Shown here one piece after another: positions 19,423-29,200 of a stretch of 64,000 nucleotides of DNA; the stretch's first letter is position 1; each line of letters opens with the position of its first letter. Source of the stretch: Bacteroidota bacterium (GTDB taxonomy: Bacteria; Bacteroidota; Bacteroidia; JABEUT01); NCBI GenBank assembly GCA_013285655.1, contig JABDHI010000003.1:1310-65309 (forward strand), in the 5' to 3' direction. The notes under the pieces are model-generated. The model was not told the DNA's origin, ran no database searches, and saw only the letters and a list, made by a program, of their open reading frames with translations. The translations under genes and the position numbers were made by a program.

Positions 19423-22400
19423 CTATCGTACTAATAATACATCTCCCTTTTTCTTAATCTCTTGTCCGGTTACCAGTGATGTATTAAGATAATATATATA
19501 ATTGCCAGGGTTCATGGGTTTGCCTTTATAAGTACCATCCCAACCCATGCTAATATCATTGCTTTCAAACACTTTATTCCCCCAACGATCGTATACGGCA
19601 AAATAATAATCCGTTACGCATTCTGCAGTTACGTATAGTACATCGTTATGCCCATCGCCGTTAGGAGAAAATCCTGTAGGTACAAATACATAACCACATT
19701 TTTCAATAACTGTAATAGTTACCGAATCACCGGATTTGCAACCACCGCTATCAGTTATAGTTAGAAAATAAGTACCAGTAACTTTTGGGCTTATTGTAGG
19801 GTCGGGGCAAGTTGCACAGCTAACATCAGTTGTTGGGCTCCATATATACCTATAACCATTGGACACAGGAGTTGTAACTAAGCTTGCGCTACCACCAAGA
19901 TTAATAGTTGTATCACAACATAAAGTTGCAACCGGTATAGATGAAACTATAACAATGGTGCTATCTATAGCCGAGCATGGCCCATTGCTTATTGTAACTG
20001 TATATGTAGTGGTGCTTATGGGTGATGCCGTTGGGTTAGCAATTGAAATTGAACTTAGTCCTGTAGCCGGCGACCACGAATAAGTTGAACCGCCAGAGGC
20101 GCTTAAATTTATTTTCGAACCTGCGCATATGTTCTCTTTGTAACTGCCGACTGATGCGGTAGGTGTTGAATTAACTGTGATAGTTACTGTGCCAGAGCTT
20201 GAGCAGCTGCCGGAAGTACCAATAACAGTATATGTTGTAGATGAAATTGGTGTCGCAGTAATAGGAGTGCCCGTAGTTGATGATATTCCTTTGTTTGGAC
20301 TCCATGTGTATGAAATTGCTCCACTTGCAGAAAGTGTTGTTGAGTCTCCTTTACAAAGTGATGTGCTTGATGAAGATACGATAACTGTAGGAGTTGGGTT
20401 TACGGTGACACTTACTTTAGCTGAATCGACGCAAGCACCGTTTGAACCTACAACAAAGTATGTTATGCTGCTGGAAGGACTGGCAAAAATATTGGCACCT
20501 GTGGTTGAAGATAGTGATGTGTTTGGGCCCCATATATATGTTGTAGCGCCTGTTGCCATAAGGGCAGTCGAGTCGCCGGAACAAATTATAGGATTGGATG
20601 CTGAGACTGTTACGCTTGGTTTGCTAGTAACCTTGATGGGTATTTTAGAAGAATCAGAACAACTTCCATTCTTACCGGTTACTGTATACGTTACAGAGGT
20701 TGTTGGGTAGGTAGTTGTTGTAGCGCCGGTGGTTGAAGTTAATGAAGTGTTTGGGCTCCAGGTATAGGTTGCAGCACCCGTTGCCGATAATTTAGCAGAG
20801 TCACCTTTACAAATAGAATTGGTGGACGCCGATATTGTAACTGTTGGAGTAGGGTTAACAGTAATTGTCTTTAAAGCAGTATCAGAACAGCCTCCGTTTG
20901 AACCTGTAACAGTATATGTTACAGTATTGGTGGGTTTGACAAAGACTGCCGAACCACTTGTTGTTGATAAGCCGGTATTCGGTGCCCAGGTATAGCTGGT
21001 GGCACCATTCGCCGATAATTTGGTAGAATCACCAGAACAGATCGTGGAAATTGAGGCTGAAACCATAACCGTAGGAATAGGGTTAACTGTAATACTTACC
21101 TTAGATGAATCAGAACAACCATTACTTGTGCCAATAACAGTAAACGTAGTATTAGAAGTTGGGCTGGCATAAGTCGATGCTGCGTTGGGAGTTAAAAGGC
21201 TTGCAGCCGGTGACCAAATATAAGTTGTCGCTCCTTTTGCGGAAAGCTTAGTAGAATCTCCTTTGCAGATTGAATTAGCTAAGGCTGACGAAGTAACTGT
21301 TGGAGTTGGATTTACGGTTAATATTACCTTAGCTGAGTCGGTGCATCCGCCGCTATTCCCAATTACTGTATAGGTAATTGAGGTCGCAGGTTTGGCAACC
21401 ACAGTATCGCTTGTAACTGAAGAAAGACCTTTGTTCGGGATCCATATATATGTTGTAGCTCCAGCTGCAAATAAACTGTCAGTGGCTCCAGAACAAATGG
21501 TTGAGTTATGAGTATAAGCAGTAACTGTTGGAGTGGGGTTAATAGTCAGGGTTAATTTGGTAGAATCGGAACAGCCACCGGTGTTTCCAATTACAGTATA
21601 TGTAGTTGTTGAACTCGGGTTAGCAAAGGTTGATGCAGAACCCGGTGTCAAAAGATTTGTATTAGGTGCCCATGTATAGCTCGAGGCACCATTTGCAGAA
21701 AGCTTGGTAGAGTCTCCTTTGCAAATTGTAGTACTTAAAGCTGATGCTGTGATTGTTGGAGTTGTATTTACTGTAATTACAATTTTTGCAGAATCAGAGC
21801 AACTGCCAGTTATTCCAATGACAGTAAACGTAGATGTAGCACTAGGTTTTAAATAAGCTGTATCTGCTGTAGATGTGGACAATCCTGCATTCGGGCTCCA
21901 GGTGTAGGTATTGGCGCCAACAGCATATAAAGTATCGGTTGCTCCAGAACAAACAGTAGCAGCATAAACAGATGCAGTTACTGTAGGAGTAGGATTTACT
22001 GTAATGGTAATTTTCGCAGAATCAAAACAAGTGCTGGTTGTTCCAATTACAGTATAGGTTGTTGTATTAGTAGGGTTGGCAATAACCGTATCTTTTATAG
22101 AAGAAGATAAACTAGTATTAGGGTTCCATGCATAAGTTGTTGCACCTTTTGCAAATAAAGAATCTGAATTACCGGAACAGATTGTAGAGACAGAAGCTGA
22201 TGCCAAAACAGTAGGAGTAGGATTTACCGTAATGGTAACTTTAGCTGAATCAAAACAAGTGCCGGTTGTTCCAATTACAGTGTAAGTTGTTGTATTAGTA
22301 GGGTTGGCAATAACCGTATCTTTTGTGGAAGAAGATAAACCAGTATTAGGGTTCCATGCATAAGTTGTTGCACCTTTTGCAAATAAAGAATCTGAATTAC

Positions 22401-24048
22401 CGGAACAGATTGTAGAGACAGAAGCTGATGCCAAAACAGTAGGAGTAGGATTTACCGTAATGGTAACTTTAGCTGAATCAAAACAAGTGCCGGTTGTTCC
22501 AATTACAGTGTAAGTTGTTGTATTAGTAGGGTTGGCAATAACCGTATCTTTTGTGGAAGAAGATAAACCAGTATTAGGGTTCCATGCATAAGTTGTTGCA
22601 CCTTTTGCAAATAAAGAATCTGAATTACCGGAACAGATTGTAGAGACAGAAGCTGATGCCAAAACAGTAGGAGTAGGATTTACCGTAATGGTAACTTTAG
22701 CTGAATCAAAGCAAGTGCCGGTTGTTCCAATTACAGTATAGGTTATTGTATTAGTAGGGTTGGCAATAACCGTATCTTTTGTAGAAGAAGATAAACCAGT
22801 ATTAGGGTTCCATGCATAAATTGTTGCACCTTTTGCAAATAGTGAATCAGCATTGCCTGAACATATTGTGGAAGCAGAAGCGGTTGCAATAATTGTTGGG
22901 GTGGGGTTTACGGTAATGGTTATAGTTGTGGAGTCGTTACAACTTCCATTGGAGCCAATAACGGTATAAGTGGTCGTTGCTGTCGGCTTGGCTATAACGG
23001 TGTCTGCAGTTGTTGAGTTTAACCCTGTTAAAGGCTTCCAAGTATATAAGGCCCCGCCTTTGGCAATAAGCTTAATAGAGTCACCTGAACAAATTGTTGT
23101 GGCGCCAGATGGTGTGATTGTTATATTAAAAGGTGGAGGGGATGTAATTGTAATAGTGTCAGTAACTGTGCAGCCGGTAACATCTTTAACTGTGCAGGTA
23201 TAGGAGCCTGCACAAAGCCCTGTTGCGGTTGAGGTTGTTTGGACTGGGGTTGTGTTCCATGAATATGTATACCCAGGCGCACCTCCGGAGGTGGCCGCAG
23301 AGGCTTGTCCATCACAAACTCCATTGCATGTTAGGTTCGTTGCGTTTATAATACGTGAAGTCAATTTTACTCTTGTTAATACCCAGGGTGAAAATGTGTT
23401 TTGGTTTGGGATTGGCCCAATCGATCCTATTCCTGTAACTGTACCCAGGCTTCCCGGGCCCGCTTGTAAATCCCATAAAGTGCCATTCCAGTGCTGTGCT
23501 TTGAATGTATCTATGGGGTAAAGAGTAGTATTTTCCGCACCCATATAAGAGAATGTAAGGTTAGCAGTAGTAGGTGCAGAAGTTTCAATATCCCAAAATC
23601 TGTCTATCGCATTATTTACAGAATCGGGGGTGCCCGCCATATTAGTAACTGGCCCTACATCCGTTGCAGTTGGATATGGCACATTTTGCTGGGTTGTATG
23701 CCATGTAGATAAGCTTATGCTTGAGCTGCCCTGTGTTGTTTTGTTGAATGTAAATGGAATGTAGTTGGCTATATTATTACCTATTCCGAAAGGAAAAATA
23801 TAATTTCCTGTATCTGTGCCTGTATTCCACTTAATATAGTTGTATTGAGATTCAGAAGTTATTTGTCCACTACCAAGACGTATAATACCTAGTGTGTCAT
23901 TTTCATTAACAACGAAATAAGTTCCCAATGTGGAGGTACCGCCATTCAATACTATAAAGGCACCATTAATTACTACAGCATTGTTTTGGGAAAAGCCCAA
24001 CACTCTTCCCAAGAGCAATAAAAAAAAGAGTATGTGTTTGGTTTTCAC
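19423..24048 (-). CDS. 1541-aa secreted adhesin. It has a signal peptide, an N-terminal domain, one SprB repeat, about 13 tandem Ig-like domains of 76-78 aa and a T9SS type-B C-terminal sorting domain (19423..19700).
   Basis: SprB repeat LTCNGVCDGQASAATSGGAPGYTYSWN. The repeated modules follow the pattern ...ICSG.SD.L.A.GATTY.W.PN.GLSS......V..P...TTYTVIG..G.C.DSAKV.ITVNP. The C-terminus FVPTGFSPNGDGHNDVLYV...YDRWGNKVF...GWDG...YIYY is a type-B sorting domain. Confidence 0.85.
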   Translation of the reverse strand: MKTKHILFFLLLLGRVLGFSQNNAVVINGAFIVLNGGTSTLGTYFVVNENDTLGIIRLGSGQITSESQYNYIKWNTGTDTGNYIFPFGIGNNIANYIPFTFNKTTQGSSSISLSTWHTTQQNVPYPTATDVGPVTNMAGTPDSVNNAIDRFWDIETSAPTTANLTFSYMGAENTTLYPIDTFKAQHWNGTLWDLQAGPGSLGTVTGIGSIGPIPNQNTFSPWVLTRVKLTSRIINATNLTCNGVCDGQASAATSGGAPGYTYSWNTTPVQTTSTATGLCAGSYTCTVKDVTGCTVTDTITITSPPPFNITITPSGATTICSGDSIKLIAKGGALYTWKPLTGLNSTTADTVIAKPTATTTYTVIGSNGSCNDSTTITITVNPTPTIIATASASTICSGNADSLFAKGATIYAWNPNTGLSSSTKDTVIANPTNTITYTVIGTTGTCFDSAKVTITVNPTPTVLASASVSTICSGNSDSLFAKGATTYAWNPNTGLSSSTKDTVIANPTNTTTYTVIGTTGTCFDSAKVTITVNPTPTVLASASVSTICSGNSDSLFAKGATTYAWNPNTGLSSSTKDTVIANPTNTTTYTVIGTTGTCFDSAKVTITVNPTPTVLASASVSTICSGNSDSLFAKGATTYAWNPNTSLSSSIKDTVIANPTNTTTYTVIGTTSTCFDSAKITITVNPTPTVTASVYAATVCSGATDTLYAVGANTYTWSPNAGLSTSTADTAYLKPSATSTFTVIGITGSCSDSAKIVITVNTTPTITASALSTTICKGDSTKLSANGASSYTWAPNTNLLTPGSASTFANPSSTTTYTVIGNTGGCSDSTKLTLTINPTPTVTAYTHNSTICSGATDSLFAAGATTYIWIPNKGLSSVTSDTVVAKPATSITYTVIGNSGGCTDSAKVILTVNPTPTVTSSALANSICKGDSTKLSAKGATTYIWSPAASLLTPNAASTYASPTSNTTFTVIGTSNGCSDSSKVSITVNPIPTVMVSASISTICSGDSTKLSANGATSYTWAPNTGLSTTSGSAVFVKPTNTVTYTVTGSNGGCSDTALKTITVNPTPTVTISASTNSICKGDSAKLSATGAATYTWSPNTSLTSTTGATTTTYPTTSVTYTVTGKNGSCSDSSKIPIKVTSKPSVTVSASNPIICSGDSTALMATGATTYIWGPNTSLSSTTGANIFASPSSSITYFVVGSNGACVDSAKVSVTVNPTPTVIVSSSSTSLCKGDSTTLSASGAISYTWSPNKGISSTTGTPITATPISSTTYTVIGTSGSCSSSGTVTITVNSTPTASVGSYKENICAGSKINLSASGGSTYSWSPATGLSSISIANPTASPISTTTYTVTISNGPCSAIDSTIVIVSSIPVATLCCDTTINLGGSASLVTTPVSNGYRYIWSPTTDVSCATCPDPTISPKVTGTYFLTITDSGGCKSGDSVTITVIEKCGYVFVPTGFSPNGDGHNDVLYVTAECVTDYYFAVYDRWGNKVFESNDISMGWDGTYKGKPMNPGNYIYYLNTSLVTGQEIKKKGDVLLVR
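21981..22893. repeat. Four tandem 228-bp (76-aa) coding repeats inside the adhesin gene. The two central copies are identical at the nucleotide level.
   Basis: The unit beginning gtaggagtaggatttaccgtaatggtaacttt... recurs at 22211, 22439 and 22667 with a period of exactly 228 bp. Confidence 0.85.
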
Positions 24049-24086
24049 GTTAGTTGCTTGCTGACTTTGAATAGATATAGAGTTAA

Positions 24087-25991
24087 CTATTTGCCTGAGG
24101 CATCAGCTTTTTCGCTAAGTGAATAGATGAGTTTTTTTAGGTCTGCAATATCCTTTTCATCTTTTAGCTGACTATTCTTTAGGTCACTATTCATAGCATC
24201 AGTGTTTTTATAAATAGTTTCCATCTTTGCAATTAAGTTTCTCAAGCTATCTATCATTTGTTGTTGTTCCTGCACGGCTTTTACCAACGGAACCACAAAA
24301 TAGGTATAGCCAAGCCCATACAACCCATCAGGGGTAGTTGGTTTAGAAATTCCGCAGAAGTCGTAATTACATGCCTTGGCAGCTGCTTCTACTTCTTGTG
24401 CAATAAATCCACTTTGGTTTATTTTTTCAATATCATATTTACCTTCCCAATTTCCATCATCCTTTATTCCTAAAATCTGGTTCTCGCGGTGTATATTGTA
24501 ATAAAAAGTAACTGGCCTTAGTTTTGTAATAAAAGCAAGCCCGGGTATGTTATCTTTTATGCTATCTTTTATTCGTTTATCACTATATGCAGTTATAGAT
24601 GTTACCTGGGCACGGATAGCAGTAATGCTTGTATTGCCAAGGTTTACAGTATTTGCTGTGCCGGCACCAGTTACTATTCCTGAATTATAACCCAGGTAGG
24701 TAGTATTGGATACTATTATAGGCCCACTTGCCACCCCTGATTGGTACCCAACATAAGTATTAAAAGTACCACTGGTATTTAAATACCCTGCACTATCACC
24801 TACAAAAACATTGTTGCTGCCTGTGTTTGCATAACCAGCTATTGCCCCAATACCCGTGTTACTCATACCAGTAACATTTGAAAAAAGTGCCTCGTATCCC
24901 GATGCTGTATTATTAGTGCCCTTTGTGTTTTTATTTAGTGCGACTGAACCCTCAGCAACATTACCGGCCCCTAAAGTATTTTTAAATAAAGCTTCATATC
25001 CATTTGCAGTATTATGTCCGCCCGTGGTGTTTGCTGTTAGAGCCTTAAATCCACTTGCTGTATTATGCCCACCTGAAGTGTTCTTGTATAACGCCGATAA
25101 TCCATTGGCCGTATTATAATTGCCGCCCTTATTGTTGTTTAACGCATAAGCCCCACTTGCTGTATTGTCAATCCCTGTTGTATTTGAATATAGCGAGGAA
25201 TAGCCGATGGCTGTGTTACTATCGCCAATTGTATTAGTATAAAGGGTGTTGGTTCCAAATGCTGAATTATCACTTCCTGTGGTATTACTATAAAGCGCAT
25301 TGGCACCGACCGCGGTATTACTGTCTCCGGCTACATTCAGCATTAAAGCATTATACCCAACTGCTGTATTATGCCCACCAGATGTGTTGCTGAAAAGTGC
25401 TTTTGATCCGAGGGCGGCATTGCCGCTACCTCCTGTATTAGTACTTAATGCTCCTCCGCCAATTGCAACATTACTATCTCCTGTAGAGGCCGGATAATTA
25501 CCGGCAAGGTAACCGAAGAAAGAGTTGTATAAAGCGTTGTCGATCCTGCCTGCCTGTTTATTGTTTATCCTAAAACTTAAGGGAATATTGTCTGTTGTCC
25601 CTAAAAAACTTGTTCCATCAACTGTTCCTGCATTTCCCAGTAAATTCCATGCAGTTGCAATTGAAGAATTGCTCGTTAATAATAAAACCCACAGTGGCGC
25701 AACGGGTGTTCCACTGTTATAATAATAACCTGCTGGTGTTAGGCCTGCGGTACTGGTATTGTATACCAAAAGGCCCGTTGCAGGTGTTGCAACTGTAGTA
25801 GCATCAGTACTTGAAACAAGTGCAACTTGCTCGGGTAAGAAACCTTTATTGCCGCTATTCCCCGTATTTAGGTCGAGTACCGCTGACGCATCTGGTGTTG
25901 CACCGGTAGCATTAATGCCCACATTGTTTTGTGCCTGTAGTTGAAGTGTTGTTGCAAGTAAAAATGCAGGTAATAGATAGAGGTATTTCAT
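24087..25991 (-). CDS. Secreted tail-fibre-like protein. It has a signal peptide, Asn/Gly/Thr-rich beta-helix repeats (N.A.G..AL..NT.G..NTA.G) and a C-terminal peptidase-S74 intramolecular chaperone domain.
   Basis: The C-terminus SDKRIKDSIKDNIPGLAFITKLRPVTFYY...GFIAQEVE matches the auto-processing chaperone domain of phage tail spikes / endosialidases. The start is chosen at the internal ATG MKYLYLLPAFLLATTLQLQAQ; the ORF track extends to 26051. Confidence 0.7.
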   Translation of the reverse strand: MKYLYLLPAFLLATTLQLQAQNNVGINATGATPDASAVLDLNTGNSGNKGFLPEQVALVSSTDATTVATPATGLLVYNTSTAGLTPAGYYYNSGTPVAPLWVLLLTSNSSIATAWNLLGNAGTVDGTSFLGTTDNIPLSFRINNKQAGRIDNALYNSFFGYLAGNYPASTGDSNVAIGGGALSTNTGGSGNAALGSKALFSNTSGGHNTAVGYNALMLNVAGDSNTAVGANALYSNTTGSDNSAFGTNTLYTNTIGDSNTAIGYSSLYSNTTGIDNTASGAYALNNNKGGNYNTANGLSALYKNTSGGHNTASGFKALTANTTGGHNTANGYEALFKNTLGAGNVAEGSVALNKNTKGTNNTASGYEALFSNVTGMSNTGIGAIAGYANTGSNNVFVGDSAGYLNTSGTFNTYVGYQSGVASGPIIVSNTTYLGYNSGIVTGAGTANTVNLGNTSITAIRAQVTSITAYSDKRIKDSIKDNIPGLAFITKLRPVTFYYNIHRENQILGIKDDGNWEGKYDIEKINQSGFIAQEVEAAAKACNYDFCGISKPTTPDGLYGLGYTYFVVPLVKAVQEQQQMIDSLRNLIAKMETIYKNTDAMNSDLKNSQLKDEKDIADLKKLIYSLSEKADASGK

Positions 25992-26212
25992 ACTAAGTTG
26001 ATTAATGGCCATTCTAATACCATTTAGATAATAATTCCTTAAAGACATCAATATTATGTATCATTTTAAAAAAAAACAAGGCTCCTCATTCTGTTTCTCT
26101 TATGTTGCTGGTTATCAGTTTAATAATTCATATTGATTATTAGTAATCGCGCATTGATTCCCATAAAAAAGCCTACAGGTTTTACTAACGGCTTTTTTTA
26201 ATAACCAATATC

Positions 26213-29200
26213 CTATTGCTTTATAAACGAAACGACCTGCTCATTGTTATTCAATAGTACTCTCACAAAATAAAAACCTTGGGGCAATGATTGAATATTC
26301 AGTGTTATTGTTTTGCCATTTGTTACTAATGCTTTTTGTGTCATTATTTCTTTACCGCTTAAGTCTATAATTTTTATTTCCGCACTATTATCAGATTGAA
26401 GGCTTTGAACATTAAATACCAAGTTTAACTCATTGTTTGCAGGGTTAGGGTATAGTTCGGTATTTGTATTTTCCATAATTGAATTTATGCCTGTAGGAAC
26501 TACCGTTACAGAAAAGGTGGCAACACCCGAACAACCATTGGTGGTGCCAGTAACCGTGTAGGTCATAGAAATAAGGGGACTGACAATTGTGGTGTCGTAT
26601 AAACTTCCACTTGACCATGAATATGTAGTAGCACCTTTGGCTGTTAATGTATCTCGACTACCTATATTTATATTGCTTGTTCCCGTTATAGTTACAGTTG
26701 GTGTTGGAGTAATAGTTAAATTAAGAGTTAAGGTACTGTCGCAACCTTCTTTATCAGTTAATAATTGAGTTGGCGTACCCGAAGAAGTGTAGATGTTGCC
26801 ATACCATTTAAAGCTATTACAAGCTGAAGCAGTGGTGTCTCCTGTAGTAGGGTTATGAATAGTCAAATGAAGTGTAAGGGTGCTGTCACAACCCGTTTTA
26901 TTTGTTAATATTTCAGTTGGAGTGCCAGATGAGGTATAAACATTACCATACCATTTAAAGCTACCGCAAGCTGAAGCAGTGGTGTCTCCTGTAGTAGGGG
27001 TGTTAATAGTCAGGTGGAGTGTAAGTGTGCTATCGCAACCCGCTTTATTTGTTAATATTTCAGTTGGAGTGCCGGATGAAGTATAAACATTACCATACCA
27101 TTTAAAGCTACCGCATGCTGAAGCAGTAGTGTCTCCTGTAGTAGGGGTGTTAATAGTCAGGTGAAGTGTAAGTGTGCTGTCGCAACCTTCTTTATCAGTT
27201 AATAATTGAGTTGGCGTACCCGAAGAAGTGTAGATGTTGCCATACCATTTAAAGCTATTACAAGCTGAAGCAGTGGTGTCTCCTGTAGTAGGGGTGTTAA
27301 TAGTCAGGTGGAGTGTAAGTGTACTATCGCAACCCGCTTTATTTGTTAATATTTCAGCTGGAGTGCCGGATGAAGTATAAACATTACCATACCATTTAAA
27401 ACTGCTGCATGCTGAAGCGGTGGTGTCTCCTGTAGTAGGATTATTAATAGTCAGGTGGAGTGTAAGTGTACTATCGCAACCCGCTTTATTTGTTAATATT
27501 TCAGCTGGAGTGCCGGATGAAGTATAAACATTACCATACCATTTAAAACTGCTGCATGCTGAAGCGGTGGTGTCTCCTGTAGTAGGATTATTAATAGTCA
27601 GGTGAAGTGTAAGTGTGCTGTCACAACCTTCTTTATCAATTAATGCCTGAGTAGGTGTACCCGAAGAAGTATAGATGTTGCCATACCATTTAAAACTGCT
27701 GCATGCTGAAGCAGTAGTGTCTCCTTTAGTAGGATTATTAATAGTCAGGTGAAGTGTAAGTGTGCTGTCACAACCTTCTTTATCAATTAATGCCTGAGTA
27801 GGTGTACCCGAAGAAGTATAGATGTTGCCATACCATTTAAAACTGCTGCATGCTGAAGCAGTAGTGTCTCCTTTAGTAGGATTATTAATAGTCAGGTGAA
27901 GTGTAAGTGTGCTGTCACAACCTTCTTTATCAATTAATACCTGAGTAGGTGTACCCGAAGAAGTGTAGATGTTGCCATACCATTTAAAACTGCTGCATGC
28001 TGAAGCAGTAGTGTCTCCTGTAGTAGGATTATTAATAGTCAGGTGAAGTGTAAGTGTGCTGTCACAACCTTCTTTATCAATTAATACCTGAGTAGGTGTA
28101 CCCGACGAAGTGTAGATGTTGCCATACCATTTAAAACTGCTGCATGCTGAAGCAGTAGTGTCTCCTGTAGTAGGGTTATTAATAGTCAGGTGCAATGTAA
28201 GTGTACTATCACAACCTTCTTTATCAGTAAACATATGAGTAGGAGTAGCTGACGAAGTATAGGTTGTACCATACCATGTAAAGCTTGAACAAGCTGAAGC
28301 AGTAGTATCTCCGGTAGTAGGATTATTAATAGTCAGGTGGAGTGTAAGTGTGCTGTCACAACCCGCTTTATTAGTTAAGATTTGAGTAGGTGTACCTGAT
28401 GAAGTATAAACATTACCATACCATTTAAAGCTGCTACAAGCTGAAGCAGTGGTGTCTCCAGTAGTAGGATTATTAATAGTCAGGTGGAGTGTAAGTGTGC
28501 TGTCACAACCCGCTTTATTAGTTAAGATTTGAGTAGGTGTACCCGACGAAGAATAAACTGTTCCATACCATTTAAAGCTACTGCATGCTACAGCAGTAGT
28601 ATCGCCAGTATTAGAACATCCGCCCATAACAAAATACCCTAAGCTAACTGTGTTGTCGGAATTATTTATTGAGTTTATTGTTGGAGTGCCATGCAAGGTA
28701 GAGTATGTTCCATTAACAGTAGCACTTGTGGCAATAACATTTAGCGGGCTAATTGCACTAGGACGTGTAAGACCAACAATAGCTCCGGTAAGACTTCCAG
28801 ATGCAACATCTGCATACCAGTATTCAGTATTACTTAATGAGTGAACCGTAATGTTATCCGGTGTTCCTCCGCAATTACTGTTGAACGCTTGTGCCTGCAC
28901 TTGTGGTAATGTACCGGTAGGTGTAATAGTAAAAGGATAATAGCTTGTGCCGTTACCTATAGGATAAGTATAGGCGGTTCCTGATGACAAGTTCCAGTTC
29001 ATTGGACCGTTCACATAGCTTGTTGAAGATGGTGCAACTACTGAGGTAGTTAATGTATCGTTTACAGTTAATAAGTTTGTTGTGGTCGTAGTAAGTAAGC
29101 CATTGGTCAGTGTAAGTATTCCATCTACAGTAGTCGGATTTGATAGAGTTACACCCGCAACATTATTAATATTTAAATTGTTTATAGTGCTTGGCATCGT

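Noticed and set aside
19859-23712. Many 60-180-aa ORFs on the plus strand inside the minus-strand adhesin gene (for example 19859..20083, 20177..20710, 22970..23203)
   Set aside because: They are antisense to a long, domain-rich CDS and have Val/Pro/Thr-rich low-complexity translations. This is a typical shadow of Thr/Gly/Asn-rich repeat coding on the opposite strand.
24258-25944. Plus-strand small ORFs inside the tail-fibre-like gene, and the same pattern inside the 2012-aa gene (28650..32279)
   Set aside because: Antisense shadows of repeat-rich coding sequence. There are no independent signals.
26700-28640. Possible CRISPR array suggested by regular ~147-bp and 228-bp periodic repeats
   Set aside because: The repeats are in-frame coding modules of adhesin genes. 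The units are far longer than CRISPR repeats and have no unique spacers. No cas genes are present.
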